NCBI GenBank assembly: GCA_964016885.1 | Contig: OZ024759.1 | Coordinates: forward strand, 30,504,001-30,568,000 | Direction: 5' to 3' | Source: Eledone cirrhosa | Lineage: Eukaryota | DNA length: 64,000 bases | Shown here: positions 13,953 through 27,009 of the stretch, one piece after another | How positions within the stretch are numbered: the stretch's first letter is position 1 | Layout of the letters: the number at the start of each line of letters is the position of its first letter | Translations under genes and position numbers: made by a program | Notes under the pieces: model-generated | What the model saw: the letters and a program-made list of their open reading frames with translations, nothing else | Told to the model about the DNA's origin: nothing | Databases searched by the model: none

Positions 13953-14255
13953 CGTCGTCGTCGTCGTCGTCGTCGTTGTTGTTGTTGTTGTTGTTGTTGT
14001 TGTCGTCGTTGTTGTCGTTGTTGTTGTTATTGTTGTTGCTGTTGCTGATCTTGTTTAAATGGTGGTAGTTGTTGTTATTGTTGTTATTATTGTTGTTGGT
14101 TTGTAATTGTTGTTGTTGTTGGTCTGGTAGTTGTAGTTATTGTTGTTATTGTAGTTCTTGTTATTGTTACTATTCTTATTACTGTTGGTGTTGTTATTAT
14201 TAGTGTGAGGACAGTAGAATGCCAATAATCGGGAGAACGTCACATATCTTGCTGT

Positions 14256-14338
14256 GCAGTATAGAGTTACGACCCTTTACGTTCTGAGTTCAAATCTCAC
14301 CGAGGTTAACTTCCCTTTTCATCCTTCCGGAGTCGAAA
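14256..14338 (+). mobile_element. SINE family 1 internal fragment
   Basis: GAGTTCAAATCTCACCGAGGTTAACTTCCCTTTTCATCCTTCCGGAGTCGA matches the B-box and central domain. Confidence 0.7.
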
Positions 14339-14705
14339 GAACACACACACACACACACACAAACACATACACAAATACACACTCACACACACACATATAC
14401 ATTCACAGAGCGCACGCACAACATACATATACACACTTGCAAACACACACATACACACACGCACACAAATATTCACACATATATATATATATACACACCA
14501 ATTCACACACTTACAAACATATATATATACACACTTATAAACACATACACACATGCACACAAATATTCACACACACATATATATATATATATACACACAC
14601 CAATTCACACACTTACAAACATATATATACACACTTATAAGCACATACACACACGCACACAAATATACACATATATAACAACAACTACTACAATTATTGA
14701 CCCAA

Positions 14706-14775
<70 letters not shown>

Positions 14776-15128
14776 CACCCATTCACATACGACGTACACG
14801 GCAGCCATATTTTTTTCATTCCTCGCCTCCTAGTAGTCTCTTTTCGTTCATTTTTAGAAAGAAACAGATGTATTTCTTCTCTGTTTTTACATCTTATCCC
14901 TTATTTCCACCTCTTATCTTTTACTATCTTTCTTACTCACAGGCTTAACCTTGTCTTTCTTTTATTTCCATTTCATCGAATATTTCAAGCTTTCAATTTC
15001 TATTCAAGTCTACGATATTCGTCATCATTATTTTCCGTATTCAATACAAGTTAAGCTTATTTGTATACTAAAGTAGTAGGCTTTTACAAACTGTATTTCT
15101 GAAGAAATATCCATATCTCTCTCTCTCT

Positions 15129-15273
<145 letters not shown>

Positions 15274-15408
15274 TAAATATAGATAGATATGTTTATGTAT
15301 ATATATTTATATATATATATATGTATATGTACATATGTGTATGAGTATACATATGTGTGTGTATATATATATATATGCATATATATATGTGTGTGTACAC
15401 ATATATGC

Positions 15409-15448
<40 letters not shown>

Positions 15449-15864
15449 ATGTATATATATGTATGTACACATACATATATATATACACATACATATATAT
15501 ATATATACCCAGACCTACATACATATACATACATGTATATATGAAATGGTGAAGTATTTTCTTAATATAAGTAGAAAACAAAATGATGTAATGTAATATT
15601 TTTTATGTAATTTCTCAACCAAGTAGCCATAATTTGCTGCTTGTAGTAGTTGGAATGGGTTTAAGGGAGATGGAGGAGAGGGATCGATAGTTAAGTACCT
15701 TTACTTTGGGTATTACAATACATATCAATTTAGGGAGAAGGGGGAAATGGAGAGAGCGGTGGCGGAGAGAGTGGAATATTGTCAACAGACTACTTCGCTA
15801 AAGTTAGTAATATAAGGAGCTAAAGATCTATCTATCTATATATAACATGTGAAGATGATTGAGT

Positions 15865-16340
15865 ATGGTGGTGGTGGTGGTGGTGGTGGTGGTGGCGGTG
15901 ATGCTGACGGTGGTGATTGTGATGGCGGTGATGCTGACGGTGCTGGTGGTGATGGTGGTGGTGGTGGTGGTGGTAGTGGTGGTGGTGATGGTGGTGATGG
16001 CGGTGATGCACGACGGTGCTGGTGGTGGTGGTGATGGTGGTGGTGGTGGTGGTGGTAGTGGTGGTGGTGATGGTGGTGATGGCGGTGATGCTGACGGTGC
16101 TGGTGGTGATGGTGGTGGTGGTGATGGTGGTGGTGGTGGTGATGGTGATGATGCTGACGATAGTGGTGATGGTGGCGGTGTTGGTGGCTATGGTGACGAT
16201 GATGGTCGTGGTGGATGTGGTGGTGGTGGTGGTGATGATGATAATGATGAGGGTGATGGTGGTGGGGTTATGATGGTGATGGTGGTGGTGGTGATGATGA
16301 TGATCATGATAGTGGTGGTGTAGATGATGATGATGATGGA
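15865..16340. repeat. (GGT/GAT)n compound trinucleotide repeat with higher-order duplication
   Basis: GGCGGTGATGCTGACGGTG-like blocks recur within GGT runs. Confidence 0.9.
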
Positions 16341-16430
16341 CACAGTACTTGATTTCACTATAGTATACAATAAGTGAATTAAATTCAAAACGAATTACAC
16401 ACACGCACGCACACATACATAGATATATAG

Positions 16431-16556
<126 letters not shown>

Positions 16557-16658
16557 ATAAATGTAATAATAATTCAGTCGTTATGAAATATATGAATGCG
16601 TTTAATCTCTTGAAAAATACTTCAGTTTCAGCGTTAGACTTATATATGTGTATGTATG

Positions 16659-16754
<96 letters not shown>

Positions 16755-16881
16755 TGTGTGTGTATGTATATGTATATATATATATATGTAAGTATGTATA
16801 TTTATATATATATATATGCATTTTTATATATTCATCTATGTATATTTATATATATATTATGTATATTTACATATTCATATG

Positions 16882-17010
<129 letters not shown>

Positions 17011-17199
17011 CTAACTTAAGGCTATTAGTCTACAGTTAAAGGCACTTGACTAATGTGTCATAATTGGGATAATTTCGAAACCCTGTGGCTACGAAGTGAA
17101 CTCTTTAGCCACACACCACTTGTCTGAGCCTATTTTTCAAATTATTATAGATGTAATGAAAATATATGAATTGCATGGATTGGCATAGAGAACCAGGGA

Positions 17200-17617
17200 T
17201 TGGCTCAGACACCATGCTTTGAAGCATGGAGTTACGAATCGATACGTACTGAGTTCAAATCCCGCCGAGGTTAGCTTTGGTTTTCACCCTTTACGGTGTC
17301 AATAAAATAAAGCACCAGTAATTCGCTGGGGTTGATTTAATCGAATTTCCCTTCTCTCAAAATTGCTGGCTCATGATCATAATTATGATCGTAATTATGA
17401 TCGTTAGTTCAATGGCATCATGATCGTTGGATTGGCAATATCGGTAGAGGGTCGGACGCCATGCTTTGCAGCATATAGTTACGGCATTTGACAGTCTGAG
17501 TTCAAATCCCTCCGAGGTTAACTCTGCCTGCCTTTCATCGTTACGGTTCGATAAAATAAAGTACCAATAATGCACTGGGATAATTGCTGGCCTTCTGCCA
17601 AAAGTAGAACTAATTAT
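17200..17617 (+). mobile_element. Two diverged SINE family 1 copies in tandem
   Basis: Two B-boxes (GAGTTCAAATCCC), two central domains and tails, separated by a short ATT-rich linker. Confidence 0.8.
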
Positions 17618-17830
17618 GTTCGTAAGCTCAACACTTGAACCACTGGAGTAACGTGCAATGAAGTGTTTTGCTCAAGAATACAACACACAATCCAGTCCAG
17701 CAAAGAAATCCACGACACTTTCATTGTCAGTCCAATACCCTTAATACTGGAGCAATGTGAAATGAAGTGTTTTTCTCAACTTAGCACAAGAATCAAACCC
17801 ACGACATTATGATCGTAAGTCCAATACCCT
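17618..17830 (-). mobile_element. Degenerate fragments of tRNA-derived SINE family 2
   Basis: GGAGCAATGTGAAATGAAGTGTTTT..CTCAA and ACCCTTACCACAAG match the copy at 36630-36880. Confidence 0.55.
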
Positions 17831-18378
17831 TACCACAAGGTGACGCGTCTTCTTTATCAGTAACATTAAAATACAGCTTGGTTGCAATTCTTTGTTGGAA
17901 TTCCTCAAGTAATTGAACTACTTCAGGTGGTATCTGGTTTCAATGGATTTTTAACTGTGCAAATTCTTCTGATGGTTGCTGACAATAAGATTTCTGTCAT
18001 CTGCAAGGAAATTTCATCCAGCTGAATAGCTTTGAGAAAAATATTTTGTTTGGTGAAAATGTTAAACCAAGCAGATTATACCATTTAAATCGGAAGTTTT
18101 GGTATAGAACACAATAGAAATGGAAGACTGGCAAAATTAGTTTTTAGAACGTGGGATATGTTTGTAAATGTTGAGTTCGGTTCTGTTTATGTACTGTTAG
18201 GATCAACATTCAAATCATGGAGAGGGTGACATTGTTATTTGTTGTTATTGAGTTGTTGTTGTTGTTGTTGTTGTTGTTGCTCTTCTTCTTCTTCTTCTTC
18301 TTCTTCTTCTTCTTCTTCTTCTTCTTCTTCTTCTTCTTCTTCTTCTTCTTCTTCTTCTTCTTCTTCTTCTTCTTCTTC

Positions 18379-18555
18379 TACCCCAGTCACCCTCTCATTC
18401 CCTCTCTATCATCAGACCTGAAGACACACAGACAACGCGATGCTTAACCCTCACTCAACATATGTTGGTTTAAAACTTCACTATTCACAAGTGGTTTTTA
18501 AGCTTCATATCATGTATCCCTATTTTATCTGATGAAAACGCAGATATCATCCCAT
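18379..18555. mobile_element. 177-bp unclassified dispersed repeat abutting (CTT)n, copy 2
   Basis: Near-identical to 6438-6614. Confidence 0.7.
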
Positions 18556-18587
18556 GATTTCTTTCTCTTTATATATATATATATCTA

Positions 18588-18720
18588 CATTGAAGTTCCG
18601 TTATAACGAAATTCACGGGGTATAAAAAATCGTTGTAACGAGAGTGTTGCAGGGGATTGAAAGAAGTTTCGTTCTACTGAAAAATTCGTTATAATGTTAT
18701 ACGTTATAACGGAATTTTAC

Positions 18721-18723
<3 letters not shown>
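18588..18723. mobile_element. Tc1/mariner-superfamily (pogo/Tigger-like) MITE, 136 bp
   Basis: Imperfect terminal inverted repeats CATTGAAGTTCCGTTATAACG and CGTTATAACGGAATTTTACCTG, TA on both sides, and internal CGTTATAA-like repeats. Confidence 0.7.
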
Positions 18724-18772
<49 letters not shown>

Positions 18773-18909
18773 CTGTATCTGTATGCATGTTTATGGTTAC
18801 TATTTGTTTATGTACCGTAACATAGCGGATGGAAAATTAAAAATAATGATAAGTAGAGAATTTGTACTAGTTTGAAAACAGCAACAACAACAACAACTGG
18901 TGTTGAATT

Positions 18910-19145
18910 GATCAACTAATTCCCTCTTAATGTGGAGGCCCCAGCATGGCCGTCGTTGATCTACTAATTTCCTCTTAATGTGGAGGTCCCAGCATGGCCG
19001 TCGTTGATCTACTAATTTCCTCTTAATGTGGAGGTCCCAGCATGGCCGTCGTTGATCTACTAATTTCCTCTTAATGTGGAGGTCCCAGCATGGCCGTCGT
19101 TGATCAACTAATTCCCTCTTAATGTGAAGGCCCCAGCATCGCCAC
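18910..19145. repeat. 48-bp minisatellite, about 5 units
   Basis: GATCTACTAATTTCCTCTTAATGTGGAGGTCCCAGCATGGCCGTCGTT-like units start at 18910, 18958, 19006, 19054 and 19102. Confidence 0.95.
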
Positions 19146-19294
19146 CGCCTAACAATTGGGGCCAACCAGTGAAGGAATAAACGAATAATGGAATATAGAT
19201 ATTCGTCCTCATTACGAATATTTGTACTGACAAGCAAAACTCAATTATATATCAATATCTTATTCAAATATTGTGTATTTTCTACACCGAAACA

Positions 19295-19361
<67 letters not shown>

Positions 19362-19486
19362 TCTCTCTATCTATCTATCTGTGTTTCTCTCTCTATCTAT
19401 CGCTCCATATATAACATACATTTACATACATTTATATACATATACACGTATGTATGCATATATATATATATATATATATATAGATG

Positions 19487-19537
19487 AGATTCTACAGGAC
19501 TAGAACTGTTTCATTCTTTAGAAATCATCAGGAATCT
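19487..19537 (-). ncRNA. Type-I hammerhead ribozyme motif (family A), the most complete copy
   Basis: Minus strand AGATTC-CTGATGA-T-TTC-TAAA-GAA-T-GAAACAG-TTCTAGTC-CTGT-A-GAATCT. Stem I 6 bp, stem II 3 bp closed by U.U, stem III ACAG/CTGT, GUA cleavage site. Flanked by (TA)n. Confidence 0.8.
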
Positions 19538-19601
19538 GTTTATATAGATAGTTAATTGTAAATATATATATATATATATTTACAATTAACCATCTATATA
19601 T

Positions 19602-19656
<55 letters not shown>

Positions 19657-19665
19657 TATATACAG

Positions 19666-19776
<111 letters not shown>

Positions 19777-20436
19777 TACCTATACATAACTGTGTGTGTG
19801 TATTCATTAATTCATACGCGACGGAGAAAATAGACAGAAAGAAAGAAGAAGAAGAAGAAAAAGAAGAAGAAGAAGAAGAAGAAGAAGAAGAAGAAGAAGA
19901 AGAAGAAGAAGAAGAAGAGGCAATATGGCGGATGAGGATAGTAACTTCAATAGCTAAGTACTTACTCCTGCATCACCTAAATATCAATTAGACAAAGAGT
20001 GTTGGAAGAATTGTCATAACAGAAATTTTACTAAGAATGGGAATCGGTCTGATCAAAAGATAGTCTGGTAATCGATATCAGCTCTGTGTGTGTGACAATC
20101 ACACATATGATACGAAATCGTCAGCATCAATAGATTTGTTCAAACACAACACCATCACCGCCGCCGCCATCGCTACTGCCAACATTTGCTGTCGCCATCT
20201 TTACCTTAATCTCCATCACCACGCTCACATACACAAACTGACACTCGGTAATACACACACACACTCTCACACATACATACATGCATACATGCATACATAC
20301 ATCCATACATGCATACATACATACATGCATACATGCATACATGCATACATACATACACACATACACACACATACACATATACATACATACACACACATAT
20401 ATACACACATACATACATACATGCATACATGCATGC

Positions 20437-20696
20437 ATGGTGGCTGCCAACTCGTTTTCGAGTACGGCCACTACTTTATATCCATGTAGGAGAACCCCTA
20501 CCGATGCGCTGAACCAGTGTGACCTTTTAGTCCAGCCAGCGACTTGAAAACTCTGGTACAAACACTACACCTGTGACAATTATTGACACATAGTGCTGGG
20601 CCCATGGTACCATGTGACGACAAGTGCAGAGAGATCTCCAGATATAAAGCAATGCCTGTGCCGTGAAGCTTTTATAGTGAGCAAAGGCACTGCACA
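20437..20696 (-). mobile_element. RTE-like LINE 3' fragment, second copy of 11121-11538
   Basis: Reverse complement closely matches about 11271-11531. Embedded in (CATA)n on both sides. Confidence 0.75.
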
Positions 20697-20854
20697 TGCA
20701 TACATACATACATACATACATACATACATACATACATACATGCATGCATACATACATACATACATACATACATACATACATGCATACATACATACATACA
20801 TACATACATACATACATACATACATACATACATACATACATACATACATACATG

Positions 20855-21308
20855 AAAATAAAAACTGCCACCAAATTAAAGCACAACCGGCCTGATATTG
20901 TTGTTTGGGACCACACATTGAAAACGTGTTCTGTTGTGGAGATCAGCTGCCCACTTGATGTAAACGTTGTCAGAAAAATACAGGAGAAGGAGGACATCTA
21001 CGGACCATTGATCAGGAGTTTACAAATCCAGTATCCAAGATACACCTTTAGCTTCATACCCATCATTATTGGAGCTACGGGTTATATACCAACCCGCTTG
21101 GACCAAAGTATGACTGAACTTGGATTTGCGGACAAAGAGCGCAGCTCCCTAATTCATAGTCTACAAATGGTTGCGATAGCTGGCACCTTCAAAATTTGCA
21201 AAACATTCTTGCGATTTAAGGGATGACAATTTCTTTTCTTTTACAACTTTGCCACCAGGAAGGTGGCCGGTCAAAAAAAATATACCCAAAATTAAGAGAA
21301 AGAGATAA
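20855..21308 (+). mobile_element. 5'-truncated R4/Dong-like non-LTR retrotransposon: restriction-like endonuclease domain and 3' UTR
   Basis: Open frame KHNRPDIVVWD...VVEISCPLDVNVVRKIQEKEDIYGPL...FIPIIIGATG...KICKTFL, stop at 21226, fits the RPD..E..K..Y RLE signature. About 80 nt of 3' UTR follows. (CATA)n on both flanks. Confidence 0.8.
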
Positions 21309-21601
21309 CATACATACGCACTAATACACACATACATACATACATACACACATACATACATACATGTATACATACATGCATGCATACAAACATACACACT
21401 AATACACACATACATACATACGCACTAATACACACATACATACATACATACATATATACATACATACGCATTAATACACACACACACAAACATTTCATTA
21501 TGTTTCGTGTTCCAGCTACACAGAGAGAGATGTAAGTAGATTATCGATCTTGTCGTGTTCGTTAAACAAATTCTCTTTGATCCATGGCGATTACCCCCAT
21601 A

Positions 21602-21647
<46 letters not shown>

Positions 21648-21840
21648 GGCGGTGGATTGGCAGTATCGGTAGAGGGTCGGGCACCATGCTTTGAAGCATA
21701 GAGTTACCTCCCTGTATGATCTGAGTTCAAATCCCGTCGAAATTAGCTTTGCCTTTCATACTTATGGGGTTGATAAAATAAAGTACCAGTAATGCACTGG
21801 GTAATTGCTGGCCTTGTGCCAAACGTAGAAACAATTATTA
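21648..21840 (+). mobile_element. Full-length SINE family 1 copy directly after (ATT)n
   Basis: A-box, B-box, central domain and tail are all present. Preceded by about 13 ATT units and followed by ATTATTA. Confidence 0.9.
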
Positions 21841-22190
21841 ACTGATCAAAGGCTAGAATCTGTGCGTTCGATAGAAAAGAAAATATATGGAAAATGTTGA
21901 TAGTGAAAAGAATGCGCCATTTTAGACGAGACACAAAACGACTTTACTTAGCAAGATGAGAAAGAAGCCGTGGAGTCTCTTGCAACTTGAATTGTCATTG
22001 AAAATTGCTATGATTGGCTGAAACATTAACTCATGGGTGCCAAACAATAAGGGTTCGGTCGGAATAAGCGGGGGTGTGCGTGGACTAAACGGAGGAGTCG
22101 GTAATTGTATAGTGTAGGTTCGTAAATATGGGATTTCTTGTAATGTGCTTTTTTGTCAGATATATATTTTTTTCATTGTAAAATAACATG

Positions 22191-22625
22191 TAGGTATTTT
22201 AAGAGGTATCTGGGTCGTTCCATTATGTATTGAGAATGGATATGTAGGGGTGTGACGTTGCAGCCATGTGGCTATGTGTTTCGTCAGCCATTAGGTATTT
22301 TAAGATGTATCTGGGTTGTTCCATTATGAAGTGAGAATGGATTTGAAGGGATGTGAGGCTGCAGGCATATGACTGTTTTGTCAGACACATAGGTATTTTA
22401 AGATGTGTTTGGGTTGTTCCATTATGTAAGAAAAGATGTGGATGGGTGTGAGGTTTGCAGTCTTATGACTATGTGTTTTATCTGACATGTAAGTATTTTA
22501 AGATGTGTCTGGGTTGTTCCATTATGTAAGAAAAGATGTGGATTGGTGTGAGGTTGCAGTTTTGTGACTATGTGTTTTATCAGACATATAGGTATTTTAA
22601 GATGTGTCTGGGTTGTTCTATTATA
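22191..22625. repeat. ~99-bp tandem repeat, about 4.4 units
   Basis: TAGGTATTTTAAGATGT.TCTGGGTTGTTCCATTATG recurs at about 22191, 22292, 22390, 22489 and 22588. Confidence 0.9.
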
Positions 22626-23955
22626 TAATAAGAACGGATCTTGCTTAAAATAGGAAACAGAAGGGTTAAAAATAGCAATTCAGTATCAATACCTAACTAC
22701 AAGAAATTATCAGGTCAACATTCTTAAAACATGGTTGTAGCCCAATATGAAGTGTAGGTAAACAACAGCCTGATAACATCGATCTTATTGTCTCCATGTT
22801 TAGCCTTGAGGCATGATGGAGCTACGCTGTATGTATATCTTCTGGTTAATTTGCAAGGACATAGACCTACTCCATTATTAAATAAACTGGTAGTGTTAGA
22901 TGGTGGGGAGAGTTTTAATGAGAAGTCTCGTGAATTAGATTGAGATCGGGAGAGAGAGAGATAGAGCGAGAAAGAGGTGTGGGACAATAAATATAGAGAG
23001 AGCAACATATATATATATATACAGAGAGAGAGAGAGAGAGAAATAGAGTCCGATATAGAAAATAAGGGAGTGAGGGAGTGAGCAAGAGAGAGAGAGAGAG
23101 AGAGAGTGATAGAGAGCGAGAGAGACAGAGAGAGAGATGGAGGGAGGGATAAAGAAAGAGATGTAGATATAGAGCGAGTTAGATGGAGAAAGAGAGAGAA
23201 ACAATGAGAGCGAGTGAGAGAGCAAGATAGATAGATAGAGCGTGTGAGAGGGAGAGAAAGCAGAAAAGAGAGATAGAGAGAGAGAGGGGGATATACAGAG
23301 CATGCTAGATACATCGATAGATATATACAAATATATAGTTAGATAGATAGATAAATATATATATAGAGAGAGAGAGAGCACTCTAGAGAGATAGAAAGTT
23401 ATATATATATATATACAGAGAGAGAGAGAGAGAGAGATGTAGGTAGGGAGAGAGAGCGAGGGAGATAGATAGATAAAGATATGTAGAGATAGGGGGATAT
23501 AAAACACTCTAGATATATAGAGAGAAAGAGAAAGAAAGAGAGAGAGAGCGAAGGAGAAGTGATCATTAGCTCGAGTGTTTTCTATGAAACCAGTTCATTA
23601 TAATTATTGAGAAAAAGCAATGGCTGTCCTGTAAACAGAAAAAAATAATAAAATATAATAAAATAAACAAATACCAAACATGAGAAGCAATGACAGACAA
23701 AACAACAAAATATCTTATTATTGACTGATGCGTAATGCCCTAAAACTACACGTTGATAGCAGACATTATTGATAATTGTAGATGCTTCGCTAAACCATAC
23801 AATAACTCCTTATTCTGAATCTTTCTGTCTTTCTCTTGGCCGTCTTATAATATTTCGCAGCTGAACGGCGGCTGAGGCCGTGAAATCAATGTAAACCCAC
23901 CAGGGATTGTTTATTATTTCAAATATGAATGCAGACGGAATTGATTATATATATG

Positions 23956-24010
<55 letters not shown>

Positions 24011-24089
24011 ATATTAGCAAAAGGAAAAGAAAATGCTGACAAATTTTTCCCAGTGAAAAACAGTTTAATTAGGAATAAGTATAAATTAG

Positions 24090-24271
24090 TAATTGTTTCT
24101 ACGTTTGGCACAATGCCAGCAAATACCCAGTGCATTGCTGGTACTTTATTTTATCGACCCCGTAAGGATGAAAGGCAAAGTTAACCTCGGCGGGATTTGA
24201 ACTCAGAATGGCAAGGGTCGTAACTCTATACGTCAAAGCATGGCGTCCGATCCTCTACCGATACTGCCAAT
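24090..24271 (-). mobile_element. SINE family 1 copy
   Basis: Reverse complement of the A-box, B-box, central domain and tail. Confidence 0.9.
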
Positions 24272-24377
24272 AAGTATTGGATAGTATTCAGTTTTAGTTT
24301 TAAGTTGTTACCGGTTGCGCATTTCTAATGCTTTTCAAAAATAATTTTGAGATAGAGCGCTCGTGATGTTTGAGCGA

Positions 24378-24472
24378 AAGAAGTGTGGTAGGGAACCTGG
24401 TGGACCATAACGCCCCAGATCTAGCTGTCGAAATGGCCGGAGCTCAGCTGTCGGGTCCTGATTCTTTTCCTA
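24378..24472. mobile_element. Rearranged fragment of the family B pLTR-like element
   Basis: GGAACCTGGTGGACCATAACGC joined in opposite orientation to a hammerhead 3' half (GAAATGGC..GAGCTCAGCTGTC-GGG), then (TA)n. Confidence 0.55.
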
Positions 24473-24503
24473 TATATATATATATGTATATGTGTGTGTG
24501 TGC

Positions 24504-24600
<97 letters not shown>

Positions 24601-24619
24601 TGTATGTATGTATGTATGT

Positions 24620-24989
24620 CCTGAACTGCCTGCTATTGAGCAACATCTGGTTTGCCAGCACTGTGGTCGGGTCTGCTTGAGTAAAGCTCGTTTGATTAGA
24701 CACGAACAAAGTTATATCAGTAAACCTCATGTAGATTATGATCTGAAAAGGTGTAAGGAATATGGCAGGCGATGTGCTAGCATGGGAGGGCTTAAAAGAC
24801 ACATGAGAACACGCAGTCAAAACAAAGCAATGGAATGTCCCAGAAGAACCTACAGTTGCCATGTATGTGCCAGAGCGTACAAGTCTTTGGCTGGTTTAAA
24901 GAGCCACATTTGTGTCTCACATTTTTAAGCATTTTATCGGGCGATTGCAATGCTCGAACACGCGTTTGCAGCCATCATGTATGTATGTA
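24620..24989 (+). mobile_element. RTE-like LINE 3' end with three tandem C2H2-type fingers and (TGTA)n flanks
   Basis: [36 protein letters not shown] and CHVCARAYKSLAGLKSHI. The 3' end TTGCAGCCATCA-TGTATGTA resembles that of the copy at 11121-11538. Confidence 0.7.
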
Positions 24990-25062
24990 TTTATGTATTA
25001 TTTGATTTCTCTTGTCCATGATTTTATACCAGATATTTATTTACAATTTTTTGTCCGTCTAA

Positions 25063-25225
25063 AGGCGGCGAATTTGGTAGAGTCCTTCGAAAGTCGGATA
25101 GAATGCTTTGCAGCATTCTTTTCTGAAATTTCTTCTCCGATTTCAAATACCGCCGAGGTAAACTTATATTGTCTTTTATCCGTTCGAGGTCGATAAAAAT
25201 GTACCAGTCAAGTACTGGCCTCGAT
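25063..25225 (+). mobile_element. Diverged SINE family 1-related copy
   Basis: GGCGGCGAATTTGGTAGAGTC...TTTCAAATACCGCCGAGGTAAAC...GGTCGATAAAAATGTACCAG. Confidence 0.6.
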
Positions 25226-25751
25226 TCTTTCTCTATGTCAATTTCTCCTTTGTATTCTCCCACTTCCTGTCCTTCTGTGGAAGAAATATGCTCAACTCTG
25301 ACCTGGGGAGAGGGTAGACTGCACCAGGTTTTAGAAAATGCCCTAAGATGCTCCAGTCAAGTACATATGTCGAATCTTTCTGTATATCTCTTTCTCACTT
25401 TCATTCTATTCACAAACTATTGTTAGATTTAAAAGACGAATGTAAACTGTAACGACATCATTAGTAATTAAGTAAACAGACCCTCATAGAGAACGTCTTT
25501 GATACTAAACTGTATTAAAGGGAATGTAATTTATTTCTTTAAATTATTTGAAGCAAATTTGAGCAGATTCATTGGTTGAACTAGAAATGGGATTTCTCAC
25601 GCATACCTGTGCTTGCCTTGACTTGTCTGTTACACCTGAACGTCTGACCGTGTCAAATAATTCGTTGTCAAAGTAACTCTGGATTCGATAAGCCGTTAAG
25701 TTTGCTCCATTAAAACAGTATATATATATATATATATATATACATACATAT

Positions 25752-25818
<67 letters not shown>

Positions 25819-25823
25819 CATAT

Positions 25824-25871
<48 letters not shown>

Positions 25872-26014
25872 ATACATATATATATATATATAGGTATATA
25901 CATATGTGTGTGTGTGTGTGTAAGATGTTAGTGTGTATGTGCGTGTGTGTGTCTGTCTACCGATCTATCTATCTCTTTTTCGCTATCTCTCACTTTATCT
26001 ATTTATCCCTCTCT

Positions 26015-26062
<48 letters not shown>

Positions 26063-26064
<2 letters not shown>

Positions 26065-26262
26065 CAAAGGAATTGTGGTAAGGAACCAGGTGGACCATAA
26101 CGCACCAGAGTACTCAATACTTAGGGTAGTAGAGTGGGAAATAGGAAAAAGTCTAACCCCGACGGCAGAGCTCAAGCCGTTTCGACGGCTATTTCTGGAC
26201 TAGCCGTCGAAATAACCGTCGAAACGGCTTAAGCTCTGCCGTCGGGATCATACTTTTTCCTA
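26063..26262 (-). mobile_element. Family B pLTR-like element with terminal inverted duplication of the hammerhead 3' half
   Basis: Matches the reverse complement of 2778-2915. About 26142-26195 is repeated inverted at about 26209-26262. TA-rich repeats on both flanks. Confidence 0.7.
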
Positions 26263-26283
26263 TGTATATAAATATATATATAT

Positions 26284-26401
<118 letters not shown>

Positions 26402-26640
26402 CTATATATATGTATGTATATATATGTATATATATGTATATATATATGTATGTATATTCATGTATATTTTATATATACACTGAAAAATACGTCGAAGAAA
26501 TGTAACAGTGAATCTGCTAAATTACATCTGACGTCAGTAAAATATAATTTATGAAATATGAAGGAATATATCTATATGTACTTATTTCCCCCTCTTTAGT
26601 ATATATTTAACGAAACAACAACAGCAACAATAATAATAAT

Positions 26641-26759
<119 letters not shown>

Positions 26760-27009
26760 TTTCATTTATTGGCCACAAGGGCCGACATATAGGGGACAAC
26801 ACAATAGACAGGGACAGTGGGGGTTTACATAGAGATCGAGTAAGTATAAATAACAAAAAACAAAATAACAATAAAAATACAACAATGAAAGTTCCCCAAT
26901 AAGAGGGATCACCACCCAGGGTTGACTCAAGCACCCCACCAGTCCTGAGCCACCCGACGCTCCTAGGGCACCCGGGAAGGGCACCCCTCTCCTTCTCGAA
27001 TTCACCAGC

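Noticed and set aside
15849-16323. Gly-rich or His-rich protein
   Set aside because: Pure GGT/GAT repeat open in several frames, with no splice or start context.
17846-18002. Minus-strand exon after a TTCCTTGCAG acceptor
   Set aside because: All three frames stop within about 80 nt and no clear donor was found.
18910-19145. CRISPR-like appearance of the 48-bp array
   Set aside because: Units are contiguous with no unique spacers, the context is eukaryotic, and there are no cas genes.
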